Of a DNA stretch of 64,000 nt, positions 39,801-53,215 are shown piece by piece. Positions within the stretch are counted from its first letter, which is position 1. Each line of letters begins with the position of its first letter. The notes under the pieces are model-generated. The model saw only the letters and a program-made list of their open reading frames with translations. It ran no database searches and had not been told where the DNA came from. The translations under genes were made by a program, and so were the position numbers. This DNA comes from Macrostomum lignano. Lineage: Eukaryota. The DNA lies in contig NIVC01003086.1 in assembly GCA_002269645.1 (NCBI GenBank), positions 1 to 64,000 on the forward strand, given 5' to 3'.

Positions 39801-42800
39801 TTTTACAGCTGATGAAATTCTTCTCAACTGACACAACTTTCATACGAAAAGAATCATGCGTTTTACAGCTGATGAAATTCTCTCAACTGACACAACTTTC
39901 ATACGAAAAGAATCATGCGTTTTACAGCTGATGAATTCTTCTCAACTGACACAACTTTCATACGAAAAGAATCATGCGTTTTACAGCTGATGAATTCTCT
40001 CAACTGACACAACTTTCATACGAAAAGAATCATGCGTTTTACAGCTGATGAAATTCTTCTCAACTGACACAACTTTCATACGAAAAGAATCATGCGTTTT
40101 ACAGCTGATGAAATTCTTCTCAACTGACACAACTTTCATACGAAAAGAATCATGCGTTTTACAGCTGATGAATTCTTCTCAACTGACACAACTTTCATAC
40201 GAAAAGAATCATGCGTTTTACAGCTGATGAAATTCTTCTCAACTGACACAACTTTCATACGAAAAGAATCATGCGTTTTACAGCTGATGAAATTCTTCTC
40301 AACTGACACAACTTTCATACGAAAAGAATCATGCGTTTTACAGCTGATGAATTCTTCTCAACTGACACAACTTTCATACGAAAAGAATCATGCGTTTTAC
40401 AGCTGATGAAATTCTTCTCAACTGACACAACTTTCATACGAAAAGAATCATGCGTTTTACAGCTGATGAATTCTTCTCAACTGACACAACTTTCATACGA
40501 AAAGAATCATGCGTTTTACAGCTGATGAAATTCTTCTCAACTGACACAACTTTCATACGAAAAGAATCATGCGTTTTACAGCTGATGAAATTCTTCTCAA
40601 CTGACACAACTTTCATACGAAAAGAATCATGCGTTTTACAGCTGATGAAATTCTTCTCAACTGACACAACTTTCATACGAAAAGAATCATGCGTTTTACA
40701 GCTGATGAAATTCTTCTCAACTGACACAACTTTCATACGAAAAGAATCATGCGTTTTACAGCTGATGAATTCTTCTCAACTGACACAACTTTCATACGAA
40801 AAGAATCATGCGTTTTACAGCTGATGAAATTCTTCTCAACTGACACAACTTTCATACGAAAAGAATCATGCGTTTTACAGCTGATGAATTCTTCTCAACT
40901 GACACAACTTTCATACGAAAAGAATCATGCGTTTTACAGCTGATGAAATTCTTCTCAACTGACACAACTTTCATACGAAAAGAATCATGCGTTTTACAGC
41001 TGATGAAATTCTTCTCAACTGACACAACTTTCATACGAAAAGAATCATGCGTTTTACAGCTGATGAAATTCTTCTCAACTGACACAACTTTCATACGAAA
41101 AGAATCATGCGTTTTACAGCTGATGGAATTCTTCTCAACTGACACAACTTTCATACGAAAAGAATCATGCGTTTTACAGCTGATGAATTCTTCTCAACTG
41201 ACACAACTTTCATACGAAAAGAATCATGCGTTTTACAGCTGATGGAATTCTTCTCAACTGACACAACTTTCATACGAAAAGAATCATGCGTTTTACAGCT
41301 GATGAATTCTTCTCAACTGACACAACTTTCATACGAAAAGAATCATGCGTTTTACAGCTGATGAAATTCTTCTCAACTGACACAACTTTCATACGAAAAG
41401 AATCATGCGTTTTACAGCTGATGGAATTCTTCTCAACTGACACAACTTTCATACGAAAAGAATCATGCGTTTTACAGCTGATGAATTCTTCTCAACTGAC
41501 ACAACTTTCATACGAAAAGAATCATGCGTTTTACAGCTGATGAAATTCTTCTCAACTGACACAACTTTCATACGAAAAGAATCATGCGTTTTACAGCTGA
41601 TGAAATTCTTCTCAACTGACACAACTTTCATACGAAAAGAATCATGCGTTTTACAGCTGATGAAATTCTTCTCAACTGACACAACTTTCATACGAAAAGA
41701 ATCATGCGTTTTACAGCTGATGAAATTCTTCTCAACTGACACAACTTTCATACGAAAAGAATCATGCGTTTTACAGCTGATGAAATTCTTCTCAACTGAC
41801 ACAACTTTCATACGAAAAGAATCATGCGTTTTACAGCTGATGAAATTCTTCTCAACTGACACAACTTTCATACGAAAAGAATCATGCGTTTTACAGCTGA
41901 TGAAATTCTTCTCAACTGACACAACTTTCATACGAAAAGAATCATGCGTTTTACAGCTGATGAAATTCTTCTCAACTGACACAACTTTCATACGAAAAGA
42001 ATCATGCGTTTTACAGCTGATGGAATTCATCTCTGATCTCAACTGACACAACTTTCATACGAAAAGAATCATGCGTTTTACAGCTGATGGAATTCTTCTC
42101 AACTGACACAACTTTCATACGAAAAGAATCATGCGTTTTACAGCTGATGGAATTCTTCTCAACTGACACAACTTTCATACGAAAAGAATCATGCGTTTTA
42201 CAGCTGATGAATTCTTCTCAACTGACACAACTTTCATACGAAAAGAATCATGCGTTTTACAGCTGATGGAATTCTTCTCAACTGACACAACTTTCATACG
42301 AAAAGAATCATGCGTTTTACAGCTGATGAAATTCTTCTCAACTGACACAACTTTCATACGAAAAGAATCATGCGTTTTACAGCTGATGAAATTCTTCTCA
42401 ACTGACACAACTTTCATACGAAAAGAATCATGCGTTTTACAGCTGATGAAATTCTTCTCAACTGACACAACTTTCATACGAAAAGAATCATGCGTTTTAC
42501 AGCTGATGAAATTCTTCTCAACTGACACAACTTTCATACGAAAAGAATCATGCGTTTTACAGCTGATGAAATTCTTCTCAACTGACACAACTTTCATACG
42601 AAAAGAATCATGCGTTTTACAGCTGATGAAATTCTTCTCAACTGACACAACTTTCATACGAAAAGAATCATGCGTTTTACAGCTGATGAAATTCTTCTCA
42701 ACTGACACAACTTTCATACGAAAAGAATCATGCGTTTTACAGCTGATGAATTCTTCTCAACTGACACAACTTTCATACGAAAAGAATCATGCGTTTTACA

Positions 42801-44835
42801 GCTGATGAAATTCTTCTCAACTGACACAACTTTCATACGAAAAGAATCATGCGTTTTACAGCTGATGAAATTCTTCTCAACTGACACAACTTTCATACGA
42901 AAAGAATCATGCGTTTTACAGCTGATGAATTCTTCTCAACTGACACAACTTTCATACGAAAAGAATCATGCGTTTTACAGCTGATGAATTCTTCTCAACT
43001 GACACAACTTTCATACGAAAAGAATCATGCGTTTTACAGCTGATGAAATTCTTCTCAACTGACACAACTTTCATACGAAAAGAATCATGCGTTTTACAGC
43101 TGATGAATTCATCTCAACTGACACAACTTTCATACGAAAAGAATCATGCGTTTTACAGCTGATGAAATTCTTCTCAACTGACACAACTTTCATACGAAAA
43201 GAATCATGCGTTTTACAGCTGATGAAATTCTTCTCAACTGACACAACTTTCATACGAAAAGAATCATGCGTTTTACAGCTGATGAAATTCTTCTCAACTG
43301 ACACAACTTTCATACGAAAAGAATCATGCGTTTTACAGCTGATGAAATTCTTCTCAACTGACACAACTTTCATACGAAAAGAATCATGCGTTTTACAGCT
43401 GATGAAATTCTTCTCAACTGACACAACTTTCATACGAAAAGAATCATGCGTTTTACAGCTGATGAAATTCTTCTCAACTGACACAACTTTCATACGAAAA
43501 GAATCATGCGTTTTACAGCTGATGAAATTCTTCTCAACTGACACAACTTTCATACGAAAAGAATCATGCGTTTTACAGCTGATGAATTCTTCTCAACTGA
43601 CACAACTTTCATACGAAAAGAATCATGCGTTTTACAGCTGATGAAATTCTTCTCAACTGACACAACTTTCATACGAAAAGAATCATGCGTTTTACAGCTG
43701 ATGAAATTCTTCTCAACTGACACAACTTTCATACGAAAAGAATCATGCGTTTTACAGCTGATGAAATTCTTCTCAACTGACACAACTTTCATACGAAAAG
43801 AATCATGCGTTTTACAGCTGATGAAATTCTTCTCAACTGACACAACTTTCATACGAAAAGAATCATGCGTTTTACAGCTGATGAATTCTTCTCAACTGAC
43901 ACAACTTTCATACGAAAAGAATCATGCGTTTTACAGCTGATGAAATTCTTCTCAACTGACACAACTTTCATACGAAAAGAATCATGCGTTTTACAGCTGA
44001 TGAAATTCTTCTCAACTGACACAACTTTCATACGAAAAGAATCATGCGTTTTACAGCTGATGAAATTCTTCTCAACTGACACAACTTTCATACGAAAAGA
44101 ATCATGCGTTTTACAGCTGATGAAATTCTTCTCAACTGACACAACTTTCATACGAAAAGAATCATGCGTTTTACAGCTGATGAAATTCTTCTCAACTGAC
44201 ACAACTTTCATACGAAAAGAATCATGCGTTTTACAGCTGATGAAATTCTTCTCAACTGACACAACTTTCATACGAAAAGAATCATGCGTTTTACAGCTGA
44301 TGAAATTCTTCTCAACTGACACAACTTTCATACGAAAAGAATCATGCGTTTTACAGCTGATGAAATTCTTCTCAACTGACACAACTTTCATACGAAAAGA
44401 ATCATGCGTTTTACAGCTGATGGAATTCTTCTCAACTGACACAACTTTCATACGAAAAGAATCATGCGTTTTACAGCTGATGAAATTCTTCTCAACTGAC
44501 ACAACTTTCATACGAAAAGAATCATGCGTTTTACAGCTGATGGAATTCATCTCAACTGACACAACTTTCATACGAAAAGAATCATGCGTTTTACAGCTGA
44601 TGAAATTCTTCTCAACTGACACAACTTTCATACGAAAAGAATCATGCGTTTTACAGCTGATGGAATTCTTCTCAACTGACACAACTTTCATACGAAAAGA
44701 ATCATGCGTTTTACAGCTGATGGAATTCTTCTCAACTGACACAACTTTCATACGAAAAGAATCATGCGTTTTACAGCTGATGAAATTCTTCTCAACTGAC
44801 ACAACTTTCATACGAAAAGAATCATGCGTTTTACA
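33887..44835. repeat. ~11 kb homogeneous 60-bp satellite array (~183 units)
   Basis: Unit CGTTTTACAGCTGATG(A/G)AATTC(T/A)TCTCAACTGACACAACTTTCATACGAAAAGAATCATG. Many 59-bp units, one 7-bp insertion near 42034, no spacers. Confidence 0.98.
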
Positions 44836-45414
44836 ACTTTCTCTTTTTGTTAGAAAAAGAAAATCTATTTTTGTAAATGACATTCAGATTCTATCAAATT
44901 TGTTCAAATTTCAATATCGATTTCAGGCACTCTGTCGTGTGTAAGAATGAAACCTTAGTCTACACGATCCAACTGAAGTTGGTTAATCAGACCCAATGAG
45001 CGAACGATGTAACCAAGAGCGGCAACATCACCCTCCCCCCTCTCTCTCTGGTAACAGCAGGCGTCTCCGACGCACTCGATAAATCAATAGACAAATCATG
45101 AATAATATTTCCTCAGCACTAGCGGGGCGCCGAAACTGTGCATAATGATCCATAGTTAATGTACAGACATAACTCTCAGTGAGTTAGTCAGCATTACCAA
45201 TTATATAATGAGATATATTCTAATCCAGAAATCAATCTCAATATGCTGCTTAGTCTGACTTCGATTTTATACGAGCTAAATTATAAGAAAGCTTTAAGCC
45301 AAGTTACACGAGAACTTTTTCTTCTTTGTCCATCATTCACTGCAGGCGTATAGAGCGTACAAGTTTCACTATTGATTTATGTGGCGAGACTTTTCCTACT
45401 TTGCAATTCTCCAA

Positions 45415-46190
45415 TCCCGCATGCACAGTGCACGGGCGCTGCAATTCCCCAATTTTACAGAGTGGGTGCGACAATTCCCTAATCTTACAGAGTGGGCGCT
45501 GCAATTCCCCAATTTTACAGAGTGGGTGCGGCAATTCCCTAATCTTACAGAGTGGGCGCTGCAATTCCCCAATTTTACAGTGGGCGCTGCAATTCCCTAA
45601 TCTTACAGAGTGGGTGCTGCAATTCCCTAATCTTACAGAGTGAGTGCTGCAATTCCCTAATCTTACAGAGTGAGTGCTGCAATTCCCCAATTTTACAGTG
45701 GGCGCTGCAATTCCCTAATCTTACAGAGTGAGTGCTGCAATTCCCCAATTTTACAGTGGGCGCTGCAATTCCCTAATCTTACAGAGTGGGTGCTGCAATT
45801 CCCTAATCTTACAGAGTGAGTGCTGCAATTCCCCAATTTTACAGAGTGGGTGCTGCAATTCCCCAATTTTACAGAGTGGGCGCTGCAATTCCCTAATCTT
45901 ACACAGTGGGCGCTGCAATTCCCTAATGATTTGGTTTGCATGGGTGCTTGCACCTGTGCAAACCGGCTTTAGTGATCAGCCCACCCCTTGCGGTTTCTGT
46001 GCATCTGTGTGGGGTGGGGGCTGGCCCCCACCCCCCTCCGCCTGCTAGCCTTTTTAGGTGAGCCTCTCACCGCGTTTTCTCACCGCGCAATTCCCCAATC
46101 TTACAGAGTGGGTGCGGCAATTCCCTAATCTTACAGAGTGGGTGCGGCAATTCCCTAATCTTACACAGTGGGCGCTGCAATTCCCCACTC
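45415..46190. repeat. 28/30-bp minisatellite interrupted by ~160 bp unique sequence
   Basis: Unit GCTGCAATTCCCTAATCTTACAGAGTGGGT at 45415-45925 and again at ~46085-46190. Confidence 0.88.
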
Positions 46191-46854
46191 CCGCAGAGCA
46201 CTAAGTACAACAATTCCGCAGCAAAAAGTGCACTGTTGTAGCTTGGGATTAGCGAGTCCTTCACGCCAGCCAGGAGAAAATGATGAGGGGACAAAGACAG
46301 TCAGTCTAGCAGGGGGCTGGGGGCTCAGGCAGAGGAGGATACGCAGGCTACGCCCATCCTCCCCCCCCCCGGAGCAAGGCCTCAATCCAGCGAGCGAGTC
46401 GGAGTCTCAAGCAAGCTTTAGGCAAACTATATATTTACATCTAACTAGTAGGCCTGTATGGAATCCAATCGAACACAAGTCTTACAGCCTGTCGGTCTCC
46501 TCTCCCCCTTACAGGCAGGCTGCCCGATCAAAACGGATTAGAGCCTAGTGCTCGTGCTCTCCCACGCCACTCTTAGCTGATGCGCTAAACCTTTCTATAC
46601 TTACTAGACAAAAATCAGCCAGCTCATACTTAGTAGCTAATAAATATTGAAAAAGTACAAAACCAGTAACACAGGCTCGAATAAACAGCTGACTCGTATG
46701 CTGTAGCTAGAGAATTATGGCTTACACCACCATTCCACGACCGAGGCAGCCGAGAGACGGGCAGTGAGTGAGCGAAGCGAGTGGAAAGCTGCGAGCACAA
46801 ATTAAAAAACGCAAGACTTTGACACCATGCAAAGTTGAAGCTACTCTGACGGGT

Positions 46855-46978
46855 AGACAGACAGACAGAAAGACAGACAGACAGACAGACAGGCAGACAG
46901 ACAGACAGACACACACTAAGACAGACAGACAGACAGACACTAAGACACTAAGACAGACAGACAGCCAGACAGATACAG

Positions 46979-47034
<56 letters not shown>

Positions 47035-47060
47035 TGACGGACAGACAGAAAGACACTAAA

Positions 47061-47119
<59 letters not shown>

Positions 47120-47222
47120 GGCAGACAGACAGACAGACACACACTAAGACAGACAGACAGACAGACACTAAGACACACAGACACACACTAAGACAGACAG
47201 ACAGACAGCCAGACAGATACAC

Positions 47223-47319
<97 letters not shown>

Positions 47320-47370
47320 CTAAGACAGACAGACAGACAGACAGCCAGACAGATACACAGACAGACAGCC
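46855..47370. repeat. (GACA)n microsatellite, ~500 bp, interrupted
   Basis: Visible directly in the sequence. Confidence 0.95.
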
Positions 47371-50300
47371 ATCCGAGCTTTATTCATCATAATAATATTC
47401 GTCACTGACTGTAAGTGAAAGCTGATTAGGAAAATTGAAATGGGATACAGAGACAGGGATTCCCAGTCGGCTGGGGCTGACTAATGCATCAGTCGAGCAG
47501 AAAGACTGCTCAAGGTTTGGGAGGCTGGATACAAAAAAGTCCCCAACCCAAACCAACAAGATATTGGACTTGCCTCAGCCCTAGAATCCTATAATTATAG
47601 ATATTATGGATATCTTGATACAGTGAAAGCAAGAGCGGTCTTTCATAGGCCTTTGGCTGAGTATGCGCGCAGCAAAGGAGTGAGAATTAGTAAATGTTAT
47701 TATTATTATTGTATACATATATTATGTTTATAGCGCTACCAATTATCCGGAGGGATCTGCTATGATGAAATCCCTATCCAATTCAACCATGCCTCAGTAG
47801 TCTGATTAGATGAGGAAAATTTTCCCCTTCGTTGCAATTCGCATACAGCTACAGCGTCTATTACTCGTTAGGACGAAGTTTTCTACACTGCCGTTTATGC
47901 AACAGTAGCAACTTGCAGTCATTTCCGTTCCGACCTACAGGCCTATTGTTTTGGTAATTTTCTTTGCAGATTATGGATTAAACTTTCCACGTAGAACGTA
48001 ACGGTATACAGTAGCTACCTCGTGTATGCAGGAAGGAGCCAGTCCTGCTATATATCCGCGCGTTACAAAAGCCTTCCAAAACCACTGACACAAGAGGTTA
48101 CAGACAGGCGCATCAAGAAAGCGAATTTTAGGCTGACAACTTGTTTGTCTTTGCTATAGTCTGCTGCCTTGAACTGGCTCCAAATCTTGGCCATAGAATA
48201 AAAAATCAAGTATGACAGGTTGCCAGCTAAGAATGTCTATGGCCAAAAAACAATTGATCTAGCGGGAATGTCTATGGTAAATGCTCACTTGACGCTGTGC
48301 TAACTGCAACACGCCCTTGGTCTCGCCCATAGACATAGGAGGGCAGAGACGAGCCATAACGCCTCGAAGCGTTACCAAGTAAAGAGGTCTACCACCGAAT
48401 AAAGTTTGTTTGAGCTGGGAAGTATCGCTTTAACAAAAAGTGCACGCGTCTAAAAGTACAGAGAAGGTCCATCTTACTTTATTTACAATAACTATCACCA
48501 GATATACTTTTTCTAGACGTGTTGAAACACAACTGAATTATAGAGTATCATCTCTCTCCCAGCCGCTGCCAAATGCATATATACCATACCCCAAGCTATA
48601 CTTATAGCCTATAGCCGTAGTGATTTCCAATCCAATGATGGTACTCAAAAAAACTGAAGCACAGGACGCGTGCAAAGGCACGAAGTCAGCTATGCCATAC
48701 AAGCAGTCGTATATTGGAAAGAGGAGGGGAGAAAATCCCAGAACGGTTAGCAACTGAAGGATGAAGGGAAAAGCTTAAATCGCTGCCAAGCACCGTGCAG
48801 CCCTGTAGTCAGGCAGGCAGCCAAGCTCTCGCCTTCTATAATAGCCATCCTTCTAACCTTGATTTTCTTCAGCCACCGCCTCAGCTCCCCTCCACTCTAC
48901 CGAGGCTTAATTTGCTATAGGCTTGGCTAGGGCAAGCCAGGCCAGCGGGGGAGGAGAGGAGGACAGCAAAAGAGGGTAAGCCGATGGGAAAGCCGGATTG
49001 AAGCAAGAAGACACGGGGCGGATAGGAAAAGAGAAGAGGCTCTAGGCGAGTTGCAATTTTTTTTTCAAATCCTCGCCGCTCAGCCCTCTTCTCAAAAGAG
49101 GAGAGAGAGCTGAAGCAGAGGCGGCCTACTAGGGGAAGAAGGCACTACAATATCTAGACTGCGGCAAGAGATTCGGCCTGCAGTCGAGTAAAGAGGCGGG
49201 GCAGGACAGAAGAGGGAGACGACCAGAGCAGGGGTCAATTAGACGGAGGAGGAGGGCGAGAGCGGCCAGGGAGGGAGTGAGGCAGGCTGTCTGAGTCTCG
49301 CTGCCTACTTCGCTGCACAGCTCACGCGACCGGCACACACAGACGGAGACGCCGACAAACGAAGCGTGTCGACAGGCATTCTCGTGCGTTCGCCACGTCC
49401 ACCCCCTGATAGAACGTGAAACTGCTCACAGTGCTCGTTTGTCAGCTGACCTCATCCCCGAGGCGAGCTGCCGTGCTTCATTATTTGTCACACTAAACAC
49501 GAAATCCTATGAAACTAGCACACATTGCATACTGATATACATTCAACTTTTCAAAAAAGCAAAATAGATGTCAGTACGTGTTAATATTATATATAATAAA
49601 AACAGTTTACATAAATTTTGCGATTCTTTAAACACAAAGGTGGGACATCTAAATTGGGACTCTGGTGCACATTGAAAACAGTTGGCTACAAGGATGGCTA
49701 CTACAGAGAATACTATACAGTACTTTCATGTTAATATTAAGTAGGTAGACAAGACACTGGTTATTTAGTATAGTTTGCATATTAATGAGAGAATTATCTA
49801 ATCAATACCTTGGGTCTCCATATTTACAGTATCTGAGATTGACTCAGACATAGATCTAACAGTGGTTTTCAGTGACGACCATACTTGGTCAACAGACTGG
49901 CTGTGTGATCCACTAAAATTGTATAGAGAAATCCATGGTTTAAAACATAACAATGTTTTGAACATAAAAATACCCAATAATACAGAAAAAGAATGTAAAA
50001 TGTTAACAACAAAGCAATTTAAAGAGTACTAGCACATTAAAACTACACTAATAACTATGATATATAAAACAAACTTGTCAAAATTGAAATTCCTAATTTG
50101 ACCAAAATAATCTTATAAACAATAAAATATATCTTGAACATTTAGCAAACTAGAAGTTAAATTTTTATTGTATTTCTGCCTAAAACTATGTTCTTTATAG
50201 CATGAAGTTATTATAATGTATAAAACTTTCAATAAACAAAAAAATAAAATTGTATAGCCACTATTAAGTTAAATAAAACATATTAAAAACTTTTTAACAA

Positions 50301-51541
50301 ACTAAAAATATTCAATGTATAACTATATGCTATTTCATATTTTTTCCAAAGTAAAATATATCCTATATATTGAGTTAAGAATGATATAAAGATTTAAATA
50401 TGACTTGTCATTTTCTAACCATTAGTAAAACCTATTAAAAGAGATAGCCAAAGGACCAAAGGCTTGGTAGCTATGATAGGCAAAATTAGAGCCATTTAGG
50501 TTAGACCAACAGGAGTATTAAAGCTTGGTTCCTTTATCCAAAATTCTTAATATTGAATATATCCTTGAATTGATCTTAAAATAAGGCTTCTATTCATTTT
50601 TAAGAAAAGCATACTGTCAGTTTTTCTAACCAATTTTTTTATGCAATCCGTATACAAGCCAATTGGCTTTTAAAATGTTAATATAAACTTAACTTAATAT
50701 TAGTATCAAAGACCTTGCCAACCAATAATGCCAATATATCTTGCTTAGCAAAAGTCTGAAAGAAAATGCATTTACTATTAGGTATTTATGATCACTTGAA
50801 GGCGTTTTGATATTAAACTTTTGACTTATATAGTTCTGCTTAAAATATGATTAATAATCATGGCATGTGATAGAAGGCAAGCCATTTAAAAAGAGAGCAT
50901 ATGGTCATAATAGACTATTTTTCTTACAGATTCTTCAACTGCCGTGAAGTTTCTCCAATGTAGTTTTTTGAAAAAGAGTCCTTCAAACCAATTTGCTCCA
51001 AAATATCAATAGAGAAATCCAAATCTTGATCCTGTGAGTTATCCATTTATTTCATTCATGCAGAAATATTGTCAAAACCATCAAATGTAGCAGAGTGCCA
51101 TATAATATAAAAATTTGAAGAAATTAGCTTCGACGATTTGGTAGACGTAAAAATGAGGAGCAAAAGCGATACTAATTAAATGTATGCGAAAACAGCTTTA
51201 GTTTCACAGTTTCCATCAATATTAAGCAGACTGTGCGTTGAGAAAGGAAAGGAGTTAACGGACATAAAGGGCTATTAACTTATTGGAGCTGGTGTCAATT
51301 TAAATATTTCGACGGCTCTACTTTCAGTTATTTTCTCCATAAATTATATAACCAAAATTTAAAACTGACTTTGCTGAAATATTTTTACGGCACTAAGAAG
51401 GTTAGGTTACTAAGGTCTAATTAAAATTATAAGGTTACTCACGAAAAAATTGTTTTACCGAGTGTAAACGATAACTAAAATTCTTTTTGTTTGGAGCTAC
51501 TGAACAGCTGCATCTTAATTAAATACCGAACACGAGACAAG

Positions 51542-53215
51542 CAAGGACTTCTAGACTAACAGGACGTAAAACTCAAAGATCGTGCAATTTTTTAGAGGCC
51601 ACGATTTCCTGGAAAAAATACACTGCGGAGATAGGAAAAAATCAGTTTTTTGTCACAAAAGCAGTGATTGTATTTGATCTGGGGCAGTGAAGACTACCAT
51701 TCTTTTAATTTAACATGCACAACATGTTACTCTATTATATTTTCATATAGCTGTGTATTGAAGTTTTCATTTTCATGTTGTTTTTACTTTATTTCATAAG
51801 CCCAAAGTTGCAAATACTCACAAGTGGCATTAGCCAAACTTTTTGTGCTGTTCCTTTTTTGAATCAAGTATATTTGTAATAAAAACTGTGCATGTAGGTA
51901 CTCTTAATCTTTTATTGTACGGTTAGTAACTATACTAGGCCTACTAGTATTAGTTATACCTGTCTACTATTACTACTAGGTATAATGTCTAAGAGTTATG
52001 TGTCTAAGACCTATCAAAGATTCTTGAAAATTAGGCTTTATATATGGAATCACACATCCTTTTATTGGTAAAATAGGCCCTAACTAAAATGACTGAATAC
52101 AAGGCATGTTTGTCTTTTTCATTTTCTTGCCTAATGAAAAATGATATTTGATCTATGGATTCCAAAATTTAAATATCTTACGGTACTATAAATTAAAAAC
52201 ATTTTTTCAAAGATATTATATAAATTAAAATATCTAACTAATTCAAGAAAAAAAAGCTATTCAAATTTGTAATATAATAATGATATTGGCCTTTAAAATA
52301 AAAATTATAAATGGATTAATTATGTTTTTTATAGATACCTAGTAAAAGTGGTACATAGTGGCCTATTTTTGTGATTAAGTCTATTCTTCTCAAATCTTAG
52401 GGCTAGTCTAAAATATAGGCCTCGCTTAAAAACTGATAATATAACTTTCTCAAGCCTAGGTAAAAACAATATGAAATTACACATCGGAAATCTATATATA
52501 ATGAAACTAAAGAATCATTGTCTAAATTTAATTACTTTTTAGGCTAGATAGATAGCCTAGATAGGTGATGGTCTAGTTCTAGGTGTAGCCAGAAATGGGT
52601 ATAGCCAGGAATTTCCTATGGTTTGGGGGGATACAAAAGGTGAATTTTCTGTGGGGGGATACACCAAGGTAAAAGTGCTCACATGATAGCATGTATAACG
52701 AAAAGGGGCAACAAAAAAGTTTTGGTCAGGCTCTTTGGGGGGATACATCCCCCTGATCCCCCCTCTACCCTATGCCACTGGTTCTAGGAATTAAATAGTT
52801 ACTAGGCCTAATATATGCATTGAAATGGAACTATATCTACAATAAAAGATTAAGAGTACCTACATGCACAGTTTTTATTACAAATATACTTGATTCAAAA
52901 AAGGAACAGCACAAAAAGTTTGGCTAATGCCACTTGTGAGTATTTGCAACTTTGGGCTTATGAAATAAAGTAAAAACAACATGAAAATGAAAACTTCAAT
53001 ACACAGCTATATGAAAATATAATAGAGTAACATGTTGTGCATGTTAAATTAAAAGAATGGTAGTCTTCACTGCCCCAGATCAAATACAATCACTGCTTTT
53101 GTGACAAAAAACTGATTTTTTCCTATCTCCGCAGTGTATTTTTTCCAGGAAATCGTGGCCTCTAAAAAATTGCACGATCTTTGAGTTTTACGTCCTGTTA
53201 GTCTAGAAGTCCTTG
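51542..53215. mobile_element. Non-autonomous foldback DNA transposon: 378-bp TIRs, 8-bp TSD GAGACAAG (P/hAT-type)
   Basis: 51542-51919 is the reverse complement of 52838-53215, with no mismatch noticed by eye. Termini CAAGGAC...GTCCTTG. GAGACAAG at 51534-51541 and 53216-53223. No transposase in the 918-bp core. Confidence 0.92.
52584..52780. mobile_element. ~200-bp hAT-like MITE nested in the foldback core
   Basis: Flanked by direct repeat GTTCTAGG (52576-52583, 52781-52788). Right end ...TATGCCACTG (CAGTGGC-type TIR); left TIR truncated (TGTAGCCAG). Confidence 0.5.

Noticed and set aside
33780-44944. Dozens of ORFs such as (KFFSTDTTFIRKESCVLQLM)n, and a CRISPR-like appearance
   Set aside because: The 60-bp unit happens to be stop-free in two frames. 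There are no unique spacers or cas genes, and the context is eukaryotic.
46600-47435. Helentron/HINE-like element around the (GACA)n tract
   Set aside because: Only a CTAG and a 7-bp inverted match (AATCAGC/GCTGATT) were found, with no convincing hairpin or second terminus.
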